A stretch of DNA of 52,717 nt from a virus (taxonomy: Duplodnaviria; Caudoviricetes). The stretch spans positions 1 through 52,717 of the IMG/VR virus record IMGVR_UViG_3300035701_000046; one strand, written 5' to 3'. Positions 17,525-27,753 of this stretch are shown here, one piece after another. Under the pieces are notes generated by a model. The model was not told the origin of the DNA and searched no databases. It saw nothing but the letters and a program-made list of their open reading frames with translations. Within the stretch, counting starts at the first letter, position 1. Each line of letters opens with the position of its first letter. The position numbers and the translations under genes were made by a program.

Positions 17525-18349
17525 ATGTCCGAACGTCCGAAGACCCCCGAGCTGTCCATTGTGGATGGCGGCAAGCCAGAGGGACAGGCGGGCCAATCCC
17601 GTCCCGAGGGTTTACCGGGGCAGAAATGCTTGGCGCGGCGTCGTGTTTGCGCATGCACTCACCGCTTCGTCAAGGATGAGCGGATCGTCGATCGTGATCT
17701 ATCTGTGCGTATGCGGCCAGATTACGACCGGCGAAAGCTAGGGGTTTGCCCTAGCTGTGGGCTGGTCCGCGAACTCTGCGGCCAGCCTGCGGTAGAAGGC
17801 CGTTATGTTTGCCGCTTCCACGGCGGTAAAGCAGGCCGGAAGCCGATGGTCCCTGTTATTCACGCTCTCAGGGACGAAGACCGCGATGCTGTCGTCGCTT
17901 CGATCGAAGCGAAGGACGAAAACCTCACCGTCGAATTCCACGTCGTCAAGCACATCCTCGATTCCGTCCTCACCCAGTACGACCCCGAACTCGCTGACCT
18001 AGATTTCGCTGAACGCGCTGTCGCGCTGCTCGATCGTGTTTCTTCGATCGGCGAGCGTCGGGCGCGTCTACGTCTGCTTGTCCCGCCAGACCTAGAGAAG
18101 CTCAAGCTCGACTTCGGGGATCCTCGTGTTTCGCTCGCCATCAAAGAAAAGATGCGAGACAACTACGAGAAGGCTATCCGGGGAACCGTTCAACTGATGA
18201 TCGAAGCGGTGAGGCGGGATCCCAAATTACTCGAAGGCGTTATCAAGCTCCTGCCTGAGCGGCTTCGGAACTACATCGAAGTCGTTTCGGCTCGACCCGC
18301 ACAATTCCAGATCACTCTACCAAATGCCCAAGAAACCCCGGAGCAGTAG
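17525..18349 (+). CDS. terS: putative terminase small subunit (HGG zinc-finger type)
   Basis: 'CGQPAVEGRYVCRFHGG'; directly upstream of and overlapping terL. Confidence 0.65.
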   Translation: MSERPKTPELSIVDGGKPEGQAGQSRPEGLPGQKCLARRRVCACTHRFVKDERIVDRDLSVRMRPDYDRRKLGVCPSCGLVRELCGQPAVEGRYVCRFHGGKAGRKPMVPVIHALRDEDRDAVVASIEAKDENLTVEFHVVKHILDSVLTQYDPELADLDFAERAVALLDRVSSIGERRARLRLLVPPDLEKLKLDFGDPRVSLAIKEKMRDNYEKAIRGTVQLMIEAVRRDPKLLEGVIKLLPERLRNYIEVVSARPAQFQITLPNAQETPEQ

Positions 18350-20450
18350 CCCCGGTAACGGCAAGCCCAAGAAGAATGCCGATATCGACTCGCTACTCGA
18401 CGAGATACAGAATAACGCCCTGCGCGAGCTGTCGTTGCAGCTCCCCGAGGTCCACCAGATCGCGGCCCGATCCGGCGTGGGAAGCCCGGTCTCTGACATC
18501 GCGTGGGTCGAACAACCCGTTACGTTTCACGAGTTTGTAAACGATCCGTGGCACATGGATCAGCCGCCTTTGGGAGATCGGCAGCGCCAGGATATCGAGA
18601 CCTTTCTCGGCGAAGAACCGACGCAGATTTTCTCCCGGCTGGCATCCCATCTCGAAGGGGCCTTCCGCGAGGCGGTGCTTGTGTGGGGAAAGGGGGGCGG
18701 AAAAGACTGGATCTGCACGATGGTTCAGTGCTATCTGGTCTACCTGCTCCTGTGCATCAAGGACCCCCGGCATGTTCTCGGTCTTGCCCCTCACGAAGCG
18801 GTAGACATTCTCAATGTCTCCTATTCGGCGAAACAGGCTAACGAGGTCTATTTCACGAAGTTCCTCCAGCGTATCCTGCACTGGCGCTGGCTCCGGCATA
18901 ACTATCCGATTGAGTTCCAGAGAAAAGTCATCAACCGGGAAGATCACCCTCATGCTCAGCTTCAGCCAGATGGGCAAAATTACGTTCATATTGGGGCTGA
19001 TCAGGTGCGCTTCCCCCACTTGATCCGCGCCATCAGCGAGCACAGTGAGAACGAGAGCTACGAAGGGTACAACATCCTTTTTTGGGTCATGGATGAAGCG
19101 GCAGCCTTCCGTAACGCCGGGAAAAAGGCGAACGCCCACAAGGTCTACTCTACCCTTCGGACCTCGGCGGTAAGCCGGTTCCCGCAGCTATGGCGGGGGA
19201 TGATGATCAGCTACCCCCGGAGTGCCGACGATTTCATCATGACCAAGTACGCCCAAGGCCAGGCGGACTCGGAGTGTTTCACCTCGCTCGCGTACACCTG
19301 GCAGGTAAATCCGACCAAACAAGAGTCCGATTTCGAGAAAGACCGGGAGAAGAACCCGGTCGAGTACGAGGCCAAGTACCGTTGTAATCCGCCCCCGCGT
19401 TTCGGGTCGGCATTCGACCCTCTAAACGTCGATGCCTGCGTGGATTACAGCCGGAAATCCTTGGTGAAGACAAAGCCCGCGATCATTTCCGCACGGGTAG
19501 AGGAACCCGGTACGGGAGTGGTATATCAGAGGCAGTTCGTTGGGAAATCGTTGACTGACGTGAACGTACACGATCTCGGAGAAAAGGCCCGCCCCCGTGT
19601 GTTTCACGTCGATGGCGGCCTGACGAACTGCCCTGCCGGGCTTGTCGTGGCTCATGGGGAACCAGTCATGGTTCAGGGTCAAGTCCTGAACAAAGTCGTG
19701 GTCGATGTCCTCTTGCAGTGGAAACCGCTGCCCTCGAAGCGGCTCCAGGTCTCGCTCAACAACATCGCGGCTTTCATCGAGACGCTTTCGCATCACATCA
19801 CGATCGTCCGGGGGAGTTACGATCAGTGGAACTCTCAGTCGGCTCTGGAAGCCCTTTTCTTGGCGAATATCCCGGTCGAGAAGCACGATATCACGGCGGA
19901 CGACTATGGATGCCTGGAGGGCCTCATTAACCTCGGCTGCATCGCTATTCCAGGGGATGACGAGACTGAGTGGGAGATCATTACCGCCGAGTTGAAGAAT
20001 CTCGTCCGGTACAATGTCGGTAGCAGGATCCGATACGACATCCCGCGCGAAGAGGGGGAGACCACACGGGACGATTGGGGAGGGCCTCGGTACACCAAGG
20101 ACATCGCGGACTGCCTCGCCGGGGTCTCGCGTCTCCTGAACGATCCCCTTATCCGGGCCGATGTCTCCGGGACTCGCGCGCCTGGCCTTATTGCTGGCCC
20201 GAGTATGAGTTCGCAGGGTCGGGGGCAGCCGATCAGCGCCCGGCGGGATCTCGCCAACCGGGGATACCTCCCCGAGAAACTTCCTGCCTCGACGTTCCCG
20301 ACGGAAGCCGGGTTCATGGGGGCGCAGATGAATCAATCGTCGCGAGCCGCGAATCAGCATGTGCTCCTCACGGAGATCGCGGGGAAGATGCGTCTACGTG
20401 GCATCAACGAGCCGACGACCCGTAGACCGCCGAAACCGATTATCAAGTAA
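18324..20450 (+). CDS. terL: terminase large subunit
   Basis: Walker A 'WGKGGGKD', Walker B 'WVMDEAA', 'ISYPR', nuclease 'FHVDGG', 'SYDQWNS', 'KDIADC'. Confidence 0.92.
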   Translation: MPKKPRSSSPGNGKPKKNADIDSLLDEIQNNALRELSLQLPEVHQIAARSGVGSPVSDIAWVEQPVTFHEFVNDPWHMDQPPLGDRQRQDIETFLGEEPTQIFSRLASHLEGAFREAVLVWGKGGGKDWICTMVQCYLVYLLLCIKDPRHVLGLAPHEAVDILNVSYSAKQANEVYFTKFLQRILHWRWLRHNYPIEFQRKVINREDHPHAQLQPDGQNYVHIGADQVRFPHLIRAISEHSENESYEGYNILFWVMDEAAAFRNAGKKANAHKVYSTLRTSAVSRFPQLWRGMMISYPRSADDFIMTKYAQGQADSECFTSLAYTWQVNPTKQESDFEKDREKNPVEYEAKYRCNPPPRFGSAFDPLNVDACVDYSRKSLVKTKPAIISARVEEPGTGVVYQRQFVGKSLTDVNVHDLGEKARPRVFHVDGGLTNCPAGLVVAHGEPVMVQGQVLNKVVVDVLLQWKPLPSKRLQVSLNNIAAFIETLSHHITIVRGSYDQWNSQSALEALFLANIPVEKHDITADDYGCLEGLINLGCIAIPGDDETEWEIITAELKNLVRYNVGSRIRYDIPREEGETTRDDWGGPRYTKDIADCLAGVSRLLNDPLIRADVSGTRAPGLIAGPSMSSQGRGQPISARRDLANRGYLPEKLPASTFPTEAGFMGAQMNQSSRAANQHVLLTEIAGKMRLRGINEPTTRRPPKPIIK

Positions 20451-20463
20451 AGAAAGGCTGTGG

Positions 20464-21069
20464 TTGTCGTTGAATTGCGAGAACATAGAGGTCTGGCGTG
20501 CCTCGACGATTGGTGAGTTCTTTGATCGTCTGCTGCGAAAAGAGCAGGTGCTGCGCGCGACCGGAGCTGATCACCGATACCATTTCCAACTGAACTCAGT
20601 CTTCGAGCGTCATCCCTCGGTTGCCGTCTTTCTCGAAGAGGGGGAAGGAATCACGTCTGTCGTCATTCTGCCGATCCGTGCGGTCTTCGAGGATGAGGAC
20701 CGGATGATCGATTGGGAGCATCGACGTTGGTTCTTCCCGATCTGGCGGCGGATGATCCACGACGGGAGTTTGGCGAAGGCGCTCGATCAGTTTTTCAACC
20801 GATGGGGAGCGGATTTCCAGGAGCTTCCCATCTTGCTTGCAGGGTACCGAAGGGAGCTGCTGAGAGTTACCGGGGGGCTGATGTCCGAGGCGGAGGGCCT
20901 TCATCTGTCCACCGGTGAATGGGAGCTAGAGAAGACCCAGGCCCGGATTCGCTCGATCACGGAAGGGGCTTCTCACCAGGCGACTAAGATGTTGTGGTGC
21001 AAGTTGTTCCATGTCATTCAGGGGTACATAGAGTATGAGCACGCCAAGAACGCTGACCACGGCGATTGA
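20464..21069 (+). CDS. hypothetical protein (start uncertain)
   Basis: open frame filling the gap after terL. Confidence 0.6.
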   Translation: MSLNCENIEVWRASTIGEFFDRLLRKEQVLRATGADHRYHFQLNSVFERHPSVAVFLEEGEGITSVVILPIRAVFEDEDRMIDWEHRRWFFPIWRRMIHDGSLAKALDQFFNRWGADFQELPILLAGYRRELLRVTGGLMSEAEGLHLSTGEWELEKTQARIRSITEGASHQATKMLWCKLFHVIQGYIEYEHAKNADHGD

Positions 21070-21289
21070 GAAGACCGACGTGGATCAGCACTTCAACGAG
21101 TTGAAACGACAGGTCTACAACATCATCGAGGCCAGTGTCCCACAGGGTCAGCAGAGGGCATCAATTCAGTTGGCGCGGACTGCGATCAACGACACGAGAA
21201 TCACGATGCTTCGGTGGCTCGGCCTTGAGGCGGAAGGAGAGTATCGACATGCTGCCAGACGAAATCGGGACCCGCGACCCACTGAGTGA
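21035..21289 (+). CDS. hypothetical helical protein
   Basis: 84 aa. Confidence 0.6.
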   Translation: MSTPRTLTTAIEKTDVDQHFNELKRQVYNIIEASVPQGQQRASIQLARTAINDTRITMLRWLGLEAEGEYRHAARRNRDPRPTE

Positions 21290-22349
21290 GAAACTGGGTG
21301 GATACGCGCCGAACGAGGAAACCCCAACCCATTTCTTGGGGCGAGAGGCGACGACCGGGGTGGCTCGGCAGCGCCTTGCCGCGAGGCTTCGGCACCGGGC
21401 GAAGGTGGCTGGCGTTCAGCCAGCCCCCCGTAAGAAAATGATCATCCGGGAGAAGGTTGCCCCTTTCGTGACGATCGCCTATGAGGTCGATAGCGAGAAC
21501 GTCAACCTGACGCAGACCGAGCGGCCCGACGATGGCCCCGAGTCCTCGATCAGCGACATTCGCACGACGAGTCAGGTGGATCCCAGCGCGCCGATGTCTC
21601 CGGGACAAAAAAGCATGGAGAAGGGCAATCTCCCCTCGGGGGGAGACCTCTCGTCTCCGACGACCAAGCTCCCGAAGGGCAGCCAGCCGAAGCAGGAAGA
21701 GGCCCAGGAGCATGCGATGAGCGGCGGGCCACAGACCAAGCAGATGCCCCCGACGGGCCGGGCGGGATACTCGTCTCGGAGGCAAGCGAACGGCGAGAGC
21801 GGAGAGACCAATACCGGCGCTCCGATGAGCCACAGGGAATACTCGGAGAAGGTGTTGGGCGAAACCCCACCCACGCCGTGCTCGGCCAACACGATGACCT
21901 TCGGCGGGCGGTGCCTGAACTGTGGTTACGACCCCGAGATTCACGGGCCGAAGCAGGCGTCTCGGAAGCGTGCGACGATCGGCGAGGACAAGGAAGACGA
22001 GAAGGAAGAGCAAATGCCGATTGACCCGGACGAGTCAGTTGCGATAGGAAAACTGGCAGCGGCGGGTCCGGGACGGATCGCCAGGGAGGTCCTCAACCAG
22101 ACCCCGATCAATTTCGAGGAACTTGCCTACGCGGTGGATCATGCCGGGGGTCTCGGCGTCATTGACTTCGAGATGTGGGGCGATCTGAATGACGCGGTCC
22201 AGGCGAAGGACGAGGAAGCGGCGCGAAAAGCCCTGGAAGCGATTTCCTCCGCATTCCCCGGAGATGAGAGCTACGAAGACATTTCGGAGAACAAGCAAAT
22301 GGGTTCTCTGAAACGCGGGAGCGAAGAAGATGGCTTCTATCGTGCGTGA
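21249..22349 (+). CDS. acidic, partly disordered protein (possible internal head protein)
   Basis: GAAGGAG SD; P/S/E-rich; small 'C..GGRCLNCG' module; basic linkers. Confidence 0.7.
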   Translation: MLPDEIGTRDPLSEKLGGYAPNEETPTHFLGREATTGVARQRLAARLRHRAKVAGVQPAPRKKMIIREKVAPFVTIAYEVDSENVNLTQTERPDDGPESSISDIRTTSQVDPSAPMSPGQKSMEKGNLPSGGDLSSPTTKLPKGSQPKQEEAQEHAMSGGPQTKQMPPTGRAGYSSRRQANGESGETNTGAPMSHREYSEKVLGETPPTPCSANTMTFGGRCLNCGYDPEIHGPKQASRKRATIGEDKEDEKEEQMPIDPDESVAIGKLAAAGPGRIAREVLNQTPINFEELAYAVDHAGGLGVIDFEMWGDLNDAVQAKDEEAARKALEAISSAFPGDESYEDISENKQMGSLKRGSEEDGFYRA

Positions 22350-22539
22350 TGGTCCGTCGAAACGGGCCGAAGAGTATCCATTCGATGAGTACCGGACGTG
22401 GATCGTTCGGGATAACGTTCTTTCTCGCCTCGAAGACGGCGAGGGTGAGGATGATTCGCCAGTCATCGAGCAAGTCCCGCGTCATCCGACAATCGAAGAG
22501 GCGATGCGACACGGACCGATGTACATGGTGATCATCTAG
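22330..22539 (+). CDS. hypothetical protein
   Basis: 69 aa. Confidence 0.45.
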   Translation: MASIVRDGPSKRAEEYPFDEYRTWIVRDNVLSRLEDGEGEDDSPVIEQVPRHPTIEEAMRHGPMYMVII

Positions 22540-22570
22540 GTTGTTCGTTGCCCAAAAGGAGTGTGATTTG

Positions 22571-22924
22571 ATGGCCGCAGCAGACCCGATTCGTCAGGAA
22601 ATCGACACTATCGTCGAGGAGGTCATGAAGATCGTCAAAGCGTGGAACGGGAAACCGGACCTCACGTTTATCTTCCAGATGGCGGGAAGCCTCCCGCTGA
22701 TCCTCTCGACCGGCGTCTACTTCCAGGCGGCTCCCGCGAAAGACAAGGCGACCTACATTGGGGAAGCGTTCGACGCCTTGACGGGAACCGATGAGCACTC
22801 GCTACTCAAGAACATCCCCTACCTGACCCCGCAGACGACCGAAGACCTCGCCGATTCGCTGAAGCTCGCGATCATCGAGGCGATCGAGAACCGTTACGGG
22901 CCTCCGCCCGTGACGCCTGCGTAG
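22571..22924 (+). CDS. hypothetical protein
   Basis: MAAADPIRQE..., AAGGAG SD. Confidence 0.7.
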   Translation: MAAADPIRQEIDTIVEEVMKIVKAWNGKPDLTFIFQMAGSLPLILSTGVYFQAAPAKDKATYIGEAFDALTGTDEHSLLKNIPYLTPQTTEDLADSLKLAIIEAIENRYGPPPVTPA

Positions 22925-22928
22925 CGTC

Positions 22929-23630
22929 ATGGAAGAGCGCGAAGTTCAAAGAGAGGGCGGGGCCGATTCGGCCCCGCTCCTCGATCTCGGTGCTACCTTC
23001 GGGACCGGTGAACAGATCGTTGATGAGCCGGAAAAGCCGGGGCAGGTGCAGAAGCGAAAACCCGGTGAGGAGCTTCCCCGGAAGGTAGTAGATACGCAGT
23101 CTGGAAAGGTCCTCGACCTGGATACGGGAGAAGTCTCAACGCCTGAGCTAATCGAAATCTCCGGTGTTCAGATCGATGCCTCTGAATTCGGGCCTGGGGG
23201 CATGTACTGGCTCCAGACGATGTACGAGCAGTGGCTTGCGGCTGTCCAGGAAGATCGAGAATCTACCTTCAGCATCGAAGATGAAGGAGGAGTCGATTCT
23301 TCGAGGATCATTGACAAACTCAAAATCCATTACCCGCGTCCTGAGTATCTGAAGCTCTTGAAGCACCGGCGCGTTCAGAACCCGAGTGCCAAGGGCACGA
23401 TGTCGCAGGCGTACATCATTTGGAACCGCCATACGACGTTGGAACAGTGGCTCGCATGGACTGCTGCCACTCTACGTTGGCGAATTGATTACGAGATCGA
23501 TCGTCGGCGGATTACCCTGGCGTTGAAAGAGTTGGATGTCTCGAACGCGAAGACGGCATGTGAGAACTGCCTGATCGCTGCCGAGAAATTCTTGTCGTTG
23601 AGTGAGCGAAGGAGATTGATATCGATATGA
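22929..23630 (+). CDS. hypothetical protein
   Basis: 233 aa, ATGA coupling to downstream GT. Confidence 0.65.
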   Translation: MEEREVQREGGADSAPLLDLGATFGTGEQIVDEPEKPGQVQKRKPGEELPRKVVDTQSGKVLDLDTGEVSTPELIEISGVQIDASEFGPGGMYWLQTMYEQWLAAVQEDRESTFSIEDEGGVDSSRIIDKLKIHYPRPEYLKLLKHRRVQNPSAKGTMSQAYIIWNRHTTLEQWLAWTAATLRWRIDYEIDRRRITLALKELDVSNAKTACENCLIAAEKFLSLSERRRLISI

Positions 23631-24439
23631 GCATGACATTCGTGATCCCGTCACGCTCGACACCGGAGTCTGAAGAAAAAGTCAAAGTCGCCATGTCATC
23701 GATCCGCAAAGTCCGTGGGGCCGATGATGAAATCGTCGTGGTCCGTGATTGCCCGTCTATGGCTTTCGCGTACAACGAGGGGACCCGCCGGGCGGCCAAT
23801 GAGCGGATCGTTTTCATGCACGATGATGTCGAGTTGCGACCGAGCGAATACTGGTCGGATGCAGTCCTCGATGCGATCTTCCAAAAATGGCCCGTGGGAT
23901 TCTTGGGGGTTGCCGGTTCGAAAGACATGTTCCCGGATGGCCGGTGGTATATCGACGGGAATAGAATGTGCGGGGCGTGCTTCCACGCGCAGATATTCGC
24001 CCCAAACCAAGCTGCCCCGGAGGGATCCACGAGACTCCCAGACGGTAGGCAATACCAAGAATGGTATACGGCCTACGGGGATTTCGGTCGGGTCGTTGTC
24101 CTCGATGGGGTGCTTCTCATCTCGACGAAAACTGTCCTTTCGAAGATCGGCGGCTTCGATGAGGAAACTTTCAAAGACACGTGGCATTACTACGATCTCG
24201 ATGTGACGCTCCGGGCGCATCTCGCCGGGTTCCATAACATAACGGTCCCGCTTTTTATCTGTCATCTTAGTCCCGGAAGTTACAACGATAAATGGGCGCA
24301 GACCAAGGATGCTTTCCTTCGAAAGTGGTTCCCCCAACTTCCCGTTCTTCTCGATTTCGAACATGACTACACCGTCCAAGCCCTTAGACACATTCAGCTC
24401 GGACAAGCTGGACCTCCAGGACCCGAAATGGCGGGATAA
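23627..24439 (+). CDS. GT-A fold (GT2-like) glycosyltransferase
   Basis: 'AYNEG', 'FMHDDV', 'VLDGVLL', 'GGFDE', 'HYYDLD'. Confidence 0.9.
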   Translation: MSMTFVIPSRSTPESEEKVKVAMSSIRKVRGADDEIVVVRDCPSMAFAYNEGTRRAANERIVFMHDDVELRPSEYWSDAVLDAIFQKWPVGFLGVAGSKDMFPDGRWYIDGNRMCGACFHAQIFAPNQAAPEGSTRLPDGRQYQEWYTAYGDFGRVVVLDGVLLISTKTVLSKIGGFDEETFKDTWHYYDLDVTLRAHLAGFHNITVPLFICHLSPGSYNDKWAQTKDAFLRKWFPQLPVLLDFEHDYTVQALRHIQLGQAGPPGPEMAG

Positions 24440-24713
24440 GGAGGGGACAGCGCCCGAGGCCCCCGATGATAAGGGGGATTCTTCCCCGGAAGAAATACCG
24501 GAAAACTCACCCAAGGTGGAGTTACAGGGAGGATTCCGCCCGCCGTCGATTGTGACGGAGACGAGGATTCGGAACGTGATCGACCGCCAGGCCCCTGCGG
24601 ACAGTTACACGGTTATCGTTGTCCAGGGGGACGATCCTTCGGTCGTCGCCAGCCAGATTGCCGCGTTGCGAAAGCTGTTATGCGAGGAGGAAACCAATGC
24701 CAAAACACAGTGA
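24363..24713 (+). CDS. hypothetical protein
   Basis: overlapping frame; start uncertain. Confidence 0.45.
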   Translation: MTTPSKPLDTFSSDKLDLQDPKWRDKEGTAPEAPDDKGDSSPEEIPENSPKVELQGGFRPPSIVTETRIRNVIDRQAPADSYTVIVVQGDDPSVVASQIAALRKLLCEEETNAKTQ

Positions 24714-25302
24714 CCAGGAGCAATTCATCCCGGCGAGCAAGATCGCGCGGACAGCCAATTACCGAAACGCGCAGGGGGAAAGAATCGGCATCCCACCTTC
24801 TCGCGTCCCGGAGACCGACGATCTTTTCGAGTTCTCGCTTGCCATCAGCGAGGGACTCCGCGAGGAAGGACCGCCCACCGGTTTCTACCGGTACGTGCTG
24901 GAACAACCGAACGGGCCACAGCAAGTGGCGAACCTCGGCCATGTAACGGCGCAGGCGGACGACTATTGGGAGCCGCCGATCGATGTCGCCCAGGAAGACC
25001 GCGAAGAGACCTCTGGGCGCGGTGCCGGGACGCCGGGCCGTGGGGTACCCGTGACGGATCGATACGGATACGAGAAGGAAGTAGGGGTAACGAGAGCGAA
25101 GCGGGCAGCTCTGATGCAATCGCAGCTTCGGTATCTGTGCAAGCAGGCCGAGGACTGTGTGAATCGTGCGCAGATCGCCGAGAATTCGGGGAAACAGGAG
25201 CTTGCTCGCCTCTTCGATGCGAAGGCCGAGAAGTTCCTCTCTTTGGCTGAGCAGAAGCGTCAGGAAATCGCTCTCCGCGAGGACTTCGAGACGAGAGGCT
25301 AA
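24697..25302 (+). CDS. hypothetical protein
   Basis: GGAGG SD, MPKHSDQ... Confidence 0.7.
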   Translation: MPKHSDQEQFIPASKIARTANYRNAQGERIGIPPSRVPETDDLFEFSLAISEGLREEGPPTGFYRYVLEQPNGPQQVANLGHVTAQADDYWEPPIDVAQEDREETSGRGAGTPGRGVPVTDRYGYEKEVGVTRAKRAALMQSQLRYLCKQAEDCVNRAQIAENSGKQELARLFDAKAEKFLSLAEQKRQEIALREDFETRG

Positions 25303-25305
25303 GCG

Positions 25306-25587
25306 ATGTCGTTCTATGCTCACGCAAAAAAGGTGGGATTCGTCCAGGTCTCTCTCGCCAACGGAAAGTGGGTTCCAGGTTTTCGGACCATTCAGAATAT
25401 GGGAGCCGCCCCCGTTTTCCTTGGACCGACCGGGGTGACTGTGAATACCGGTTGGCGTCTTTGCCCTGGCGAGGAGATCCAGTGGGATAATCTCAGCGTT
25501 GCCCCGGCAGATGAGGCGTTGTACGCCATCGCTGAACGGGGTCCTGTCTCGGGTGAACTCAGAATCCTAGATGCGAAAACTCCGTAG
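25306..25587 (+). CDS. small beta-rich paralogue 1 (likely virion protein)
   Basis: N-x-G-x3-(V/I)-x2-G-x2-GV(T/S)-x3-G-x2-L motif. Confidence 0.75.
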   Translation: MSFYAHAKKVGFVQVSLANGKWVPGFRTIQNMGAAPVFLGPTGVTVNTGWRLCPGEEIQWDNLSVAPADEALYAIAERGPVSGELRILDAKTP

Positions 25588-25593
25588 GCTGCT

Positions 25594-25947
25594 ATGACAC
25601 TCAAGATTTTCCAGAAAACGGTTCTTCCCCGTCGAACTTGTCTCTCCGGGGTCGGAGGGATCGGCCCGGCGACCCGCACAAGTTTCATGGTCGCGAATGT
25701 CGGTGCGGGATGTATCTGGTGTGGTGCGAGCGGCGTTAGCCCGCAGACTGGATACCGCTTACTCCCCGGAACCTATCTTGCGGTTCGGGAAGGGGACGGG
25801 AATTTCGTTCGCGACCCGTCCAGTTTTAGCTATGCGTATATCTATCGCTCGGGCGGATCCGGCGGTGGCGGCTTTCACAAGAATAATGTCTATGCAATCT
25901 GCTGTCCTGCGGTCACGGGGCAGATCGCGTTCCTTGAGTGTGATTAG
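25594..25947 (+). CDS. small beta-rich paralogue 2
   Basis: same motif plus Gly-rich insertion. Confidence 0.7.
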   Translation: MTLKIFQKTVLPRRTCLSGVGGIGPATRTSFMVANVGAGCIWCGASGVSPQTGYRLLPGTYLAVREGDGNFVRDPSSFSYAYIYRSGGSGGGGFHKNNVYAICCPAVTGQIAFLECD

Positions 25948-25965
25948 GCGAGGAGGTTTTACGCG

Positions 25966-26241
25966 ATGGCACTTTCGACGGCAAGAGTCTCGGTAACAAC
26001 GACACAAGCTCTGTTGCAAGCAGGAATCACGCATACGACGCGGACCTTTATCCAACTCACGAATCTTGGCCCGCATACCGCGTGGCTTGGCCCGACCGGA
26101 GTGACAACGGCCAATGGGTTCCCCCTCTATGTGGGGCGGACGATTCGCTCGAACAACCTTCAGGGCCTCCAGAACGAGCAAATTTATGCGATCTCTGGCC
26201 CCACGGAGACCGCGTCTATCTGCGTTTTGGAGGCGTCATAA
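25966..26241 (+). CDS. small beta-rich paralogue 3
   Basis: same motif; GGAGG SD. Confidence 0.75.
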   Translation: MALSTARVSVTTTQALLQAGITHTTRTFIQLTNLGPHTAWLGPTGVTTANGFPLYVGRTIRSNNLQGLQNEQIYAISGPTETASICVLEAS

Positions 26242-26519
26242 TGGCTTTCGTCTCAAAGAGATATTTCGTGAAGCCTACCGCGACCCCGAACATTTTAACG
26301 GGCTATGTCACGGTTTACGGGGCATGGGTTGCTAATGTCGGGGCAACCCCCGTCTACTGCGGAACAACCGGGGTAACGGACGCGATCGGGATCCGACTCG
26401 CTCCAAGGTCCGTAACGCATTTTGAGATTCTTGATAATGCCACCAACGATATCGTGCGATTCATCTCTCCTACGGCTGTGACCGGGGAGATACGGGTACT
26501 TCTCGCCGACTCCGGCTAA
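26241..26519 (+). CDS. small beta-rich paralogue 4
   Basis: same motif; TAATG coupling, GGAGG SD. Confidence 0.75.
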   Translation: MAFVSKRYFVKPTATPNILTGYVTVYGAWVANVGATPVYCGTTGVTDAIGIRLAPRSVTHFEILDNATNDIVRFISPTAVTGEIRVLLADSG

Positions 26520-26533
26520 CAGGAGGTATAAAA

Positions 26534-26908
26534 ATGTCAGATGCTCATGACAGTTACACGATTCCCGAAGGGGGAGTCTGTGGAGCGTTCAACACTCAGA
26601 CGATTGCCGAACGGGATCGGCCTATGGCGCGGAAAACAGCAGGCCACACGAAGCTGGCCGCAATCGACTGGCAGAAGGCCCCGGACGACCCGTGGCAGAA
26701 GGTTGCGGAGGTTGTTGAGAACATCAACGACAGCTCGTATGTCCCGACTCAGGTTCTGAGGGATACGCTGGAGAAGATCAAGCAGCGGCATCATGGGGAC
26801 GAGCCGACCGATGAGCAGAAAGCGAATGTCTCGCTCATCGAGAAGGAACTGAAGATGCGGGATACCGATCCTGACTATGCCGCTCGGCGCGAGGGCAGAA
26901 TCAAGTAG
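26534..26908 (+). CDS. hypothetical protein
   Basis: 124 aa, AGGAGG SD. Confidence 0.75.
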   Translation: MSDAHDSYTIPEGGVCGAFNTQTIAERDRPMARKTAGHTKLAAIDWQKAPDDPWQKVAEVVENINDSSYVPTQVLRDTLEKIKQRHHGDEPTDEQKANVSLIEKELKMRDTDPDYAARREGRIK

Positions 26909-26916
26909 GAGAAATC

Positions 26917-27543
26917 ATGGAATACATCGCAGCTACTCCCGAGAGCATAGACGACTGGGAAAACGAACTTATCGTCCGGGATGATGGTGAGGACGGTTTC
27001 GAGAAACGTAGTCCTGACGAGGTCTTGGGATCGGTTTTCGTGGAAGGACACGACGAGCTTTACCATCCTCCCGAGCGTTTCCGGCCCAGCCTATTCGATA
27101 TCCAGATCGGGTCCGTTGCCCTGGCGGCGAATGCCCTGTGGGAAGAGCTTCACACCGTCACCGGGGCGGTTCTCATCCGGCACATTCAGCTTGAACGTAT
27201 CGATGTCGCGAAGTATTCTGCCCTGGACCCGTCTGTTATCGAGGAAGGGACGATTACTTTTCGCTGTGAAGTCGAGGCGACCTACCCGCAGTATCGGCGG
27301 GCTTCGATTACGGTCCCTGTCAGGATCGTTGATGGAGCGGCTTCTCGCGGGCTTTTCTTCTTGGGAGCCGGGGAGAGAAAACGGGTTCTCTCAAAGGAAG
27401 GTCTGGAACAGTATATGACGGTGAAGCCGTGGTTCACGATCAGCCGCCCCCCGGATGTGGGCTTGGCGGAGATCGACCGAGTCGTTCATACCGACTATCC
27501 GTCGTACATGCGCTCTCGATATACGTGGGACATCGGTTTCTAA
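26917..27543 (+). CDS. hypothetical protein
   Basis: 208 aa, AGGAG SD. Confidence 0.75.
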   Translation: MEYIAATPESIDDWENELIVRDDGEDGFEKRSPDEVLGSVFVEGHDELYHPPERFRPSLFDIQIGSVALAANALWEELHTVTGAVLIRHIQLERIDVAKYSALDPSVIEEGTITFRCEVEATYPQYRRASITVPVRIVDGAASRGLFFLGAGERKRVLSKEGLEQYMTVKPWFTISRPPDVGLAEIDRVVHTDYPSYMRSRYTWDIGF

Positions 27544-27558
27544 CCACAGAGGGGCATC

Positions 27559-27753
27559 GTGGATCGGATCGTCCGAGGGCTTCCGTGGGACGGGTTTCGA
27601 GAGAACAGGCCGAAACCCGACAAATTCCTTGCCATGCGTAATTGGAAGACAGTATCCTGCCCTAAATGTAGATGGGAGTGGCGTGTGTTGAGTCGATGCC
27701 GGTTCTGTTGTTGCCCGAGATGCTCGCAGGATTTCATTTCTGAAGAGCGTTGA
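27559..27753 (+). CDS. small Zn-ribbon protein
   Basis: CPKC..CPRC. Confidence 0.5.
   Translation: MDRIVRGLPWDGFRENRPKPDKFLAMRNWKTVSCPKCRWEWRVLSRCRFCCCPRCSQDFISEER

Noticed and set aside
22958-22978. Strong GC hairpin as intrinsic terminator
   Set aside because: No T-tract and it lies inside the next ORF; function unsupported
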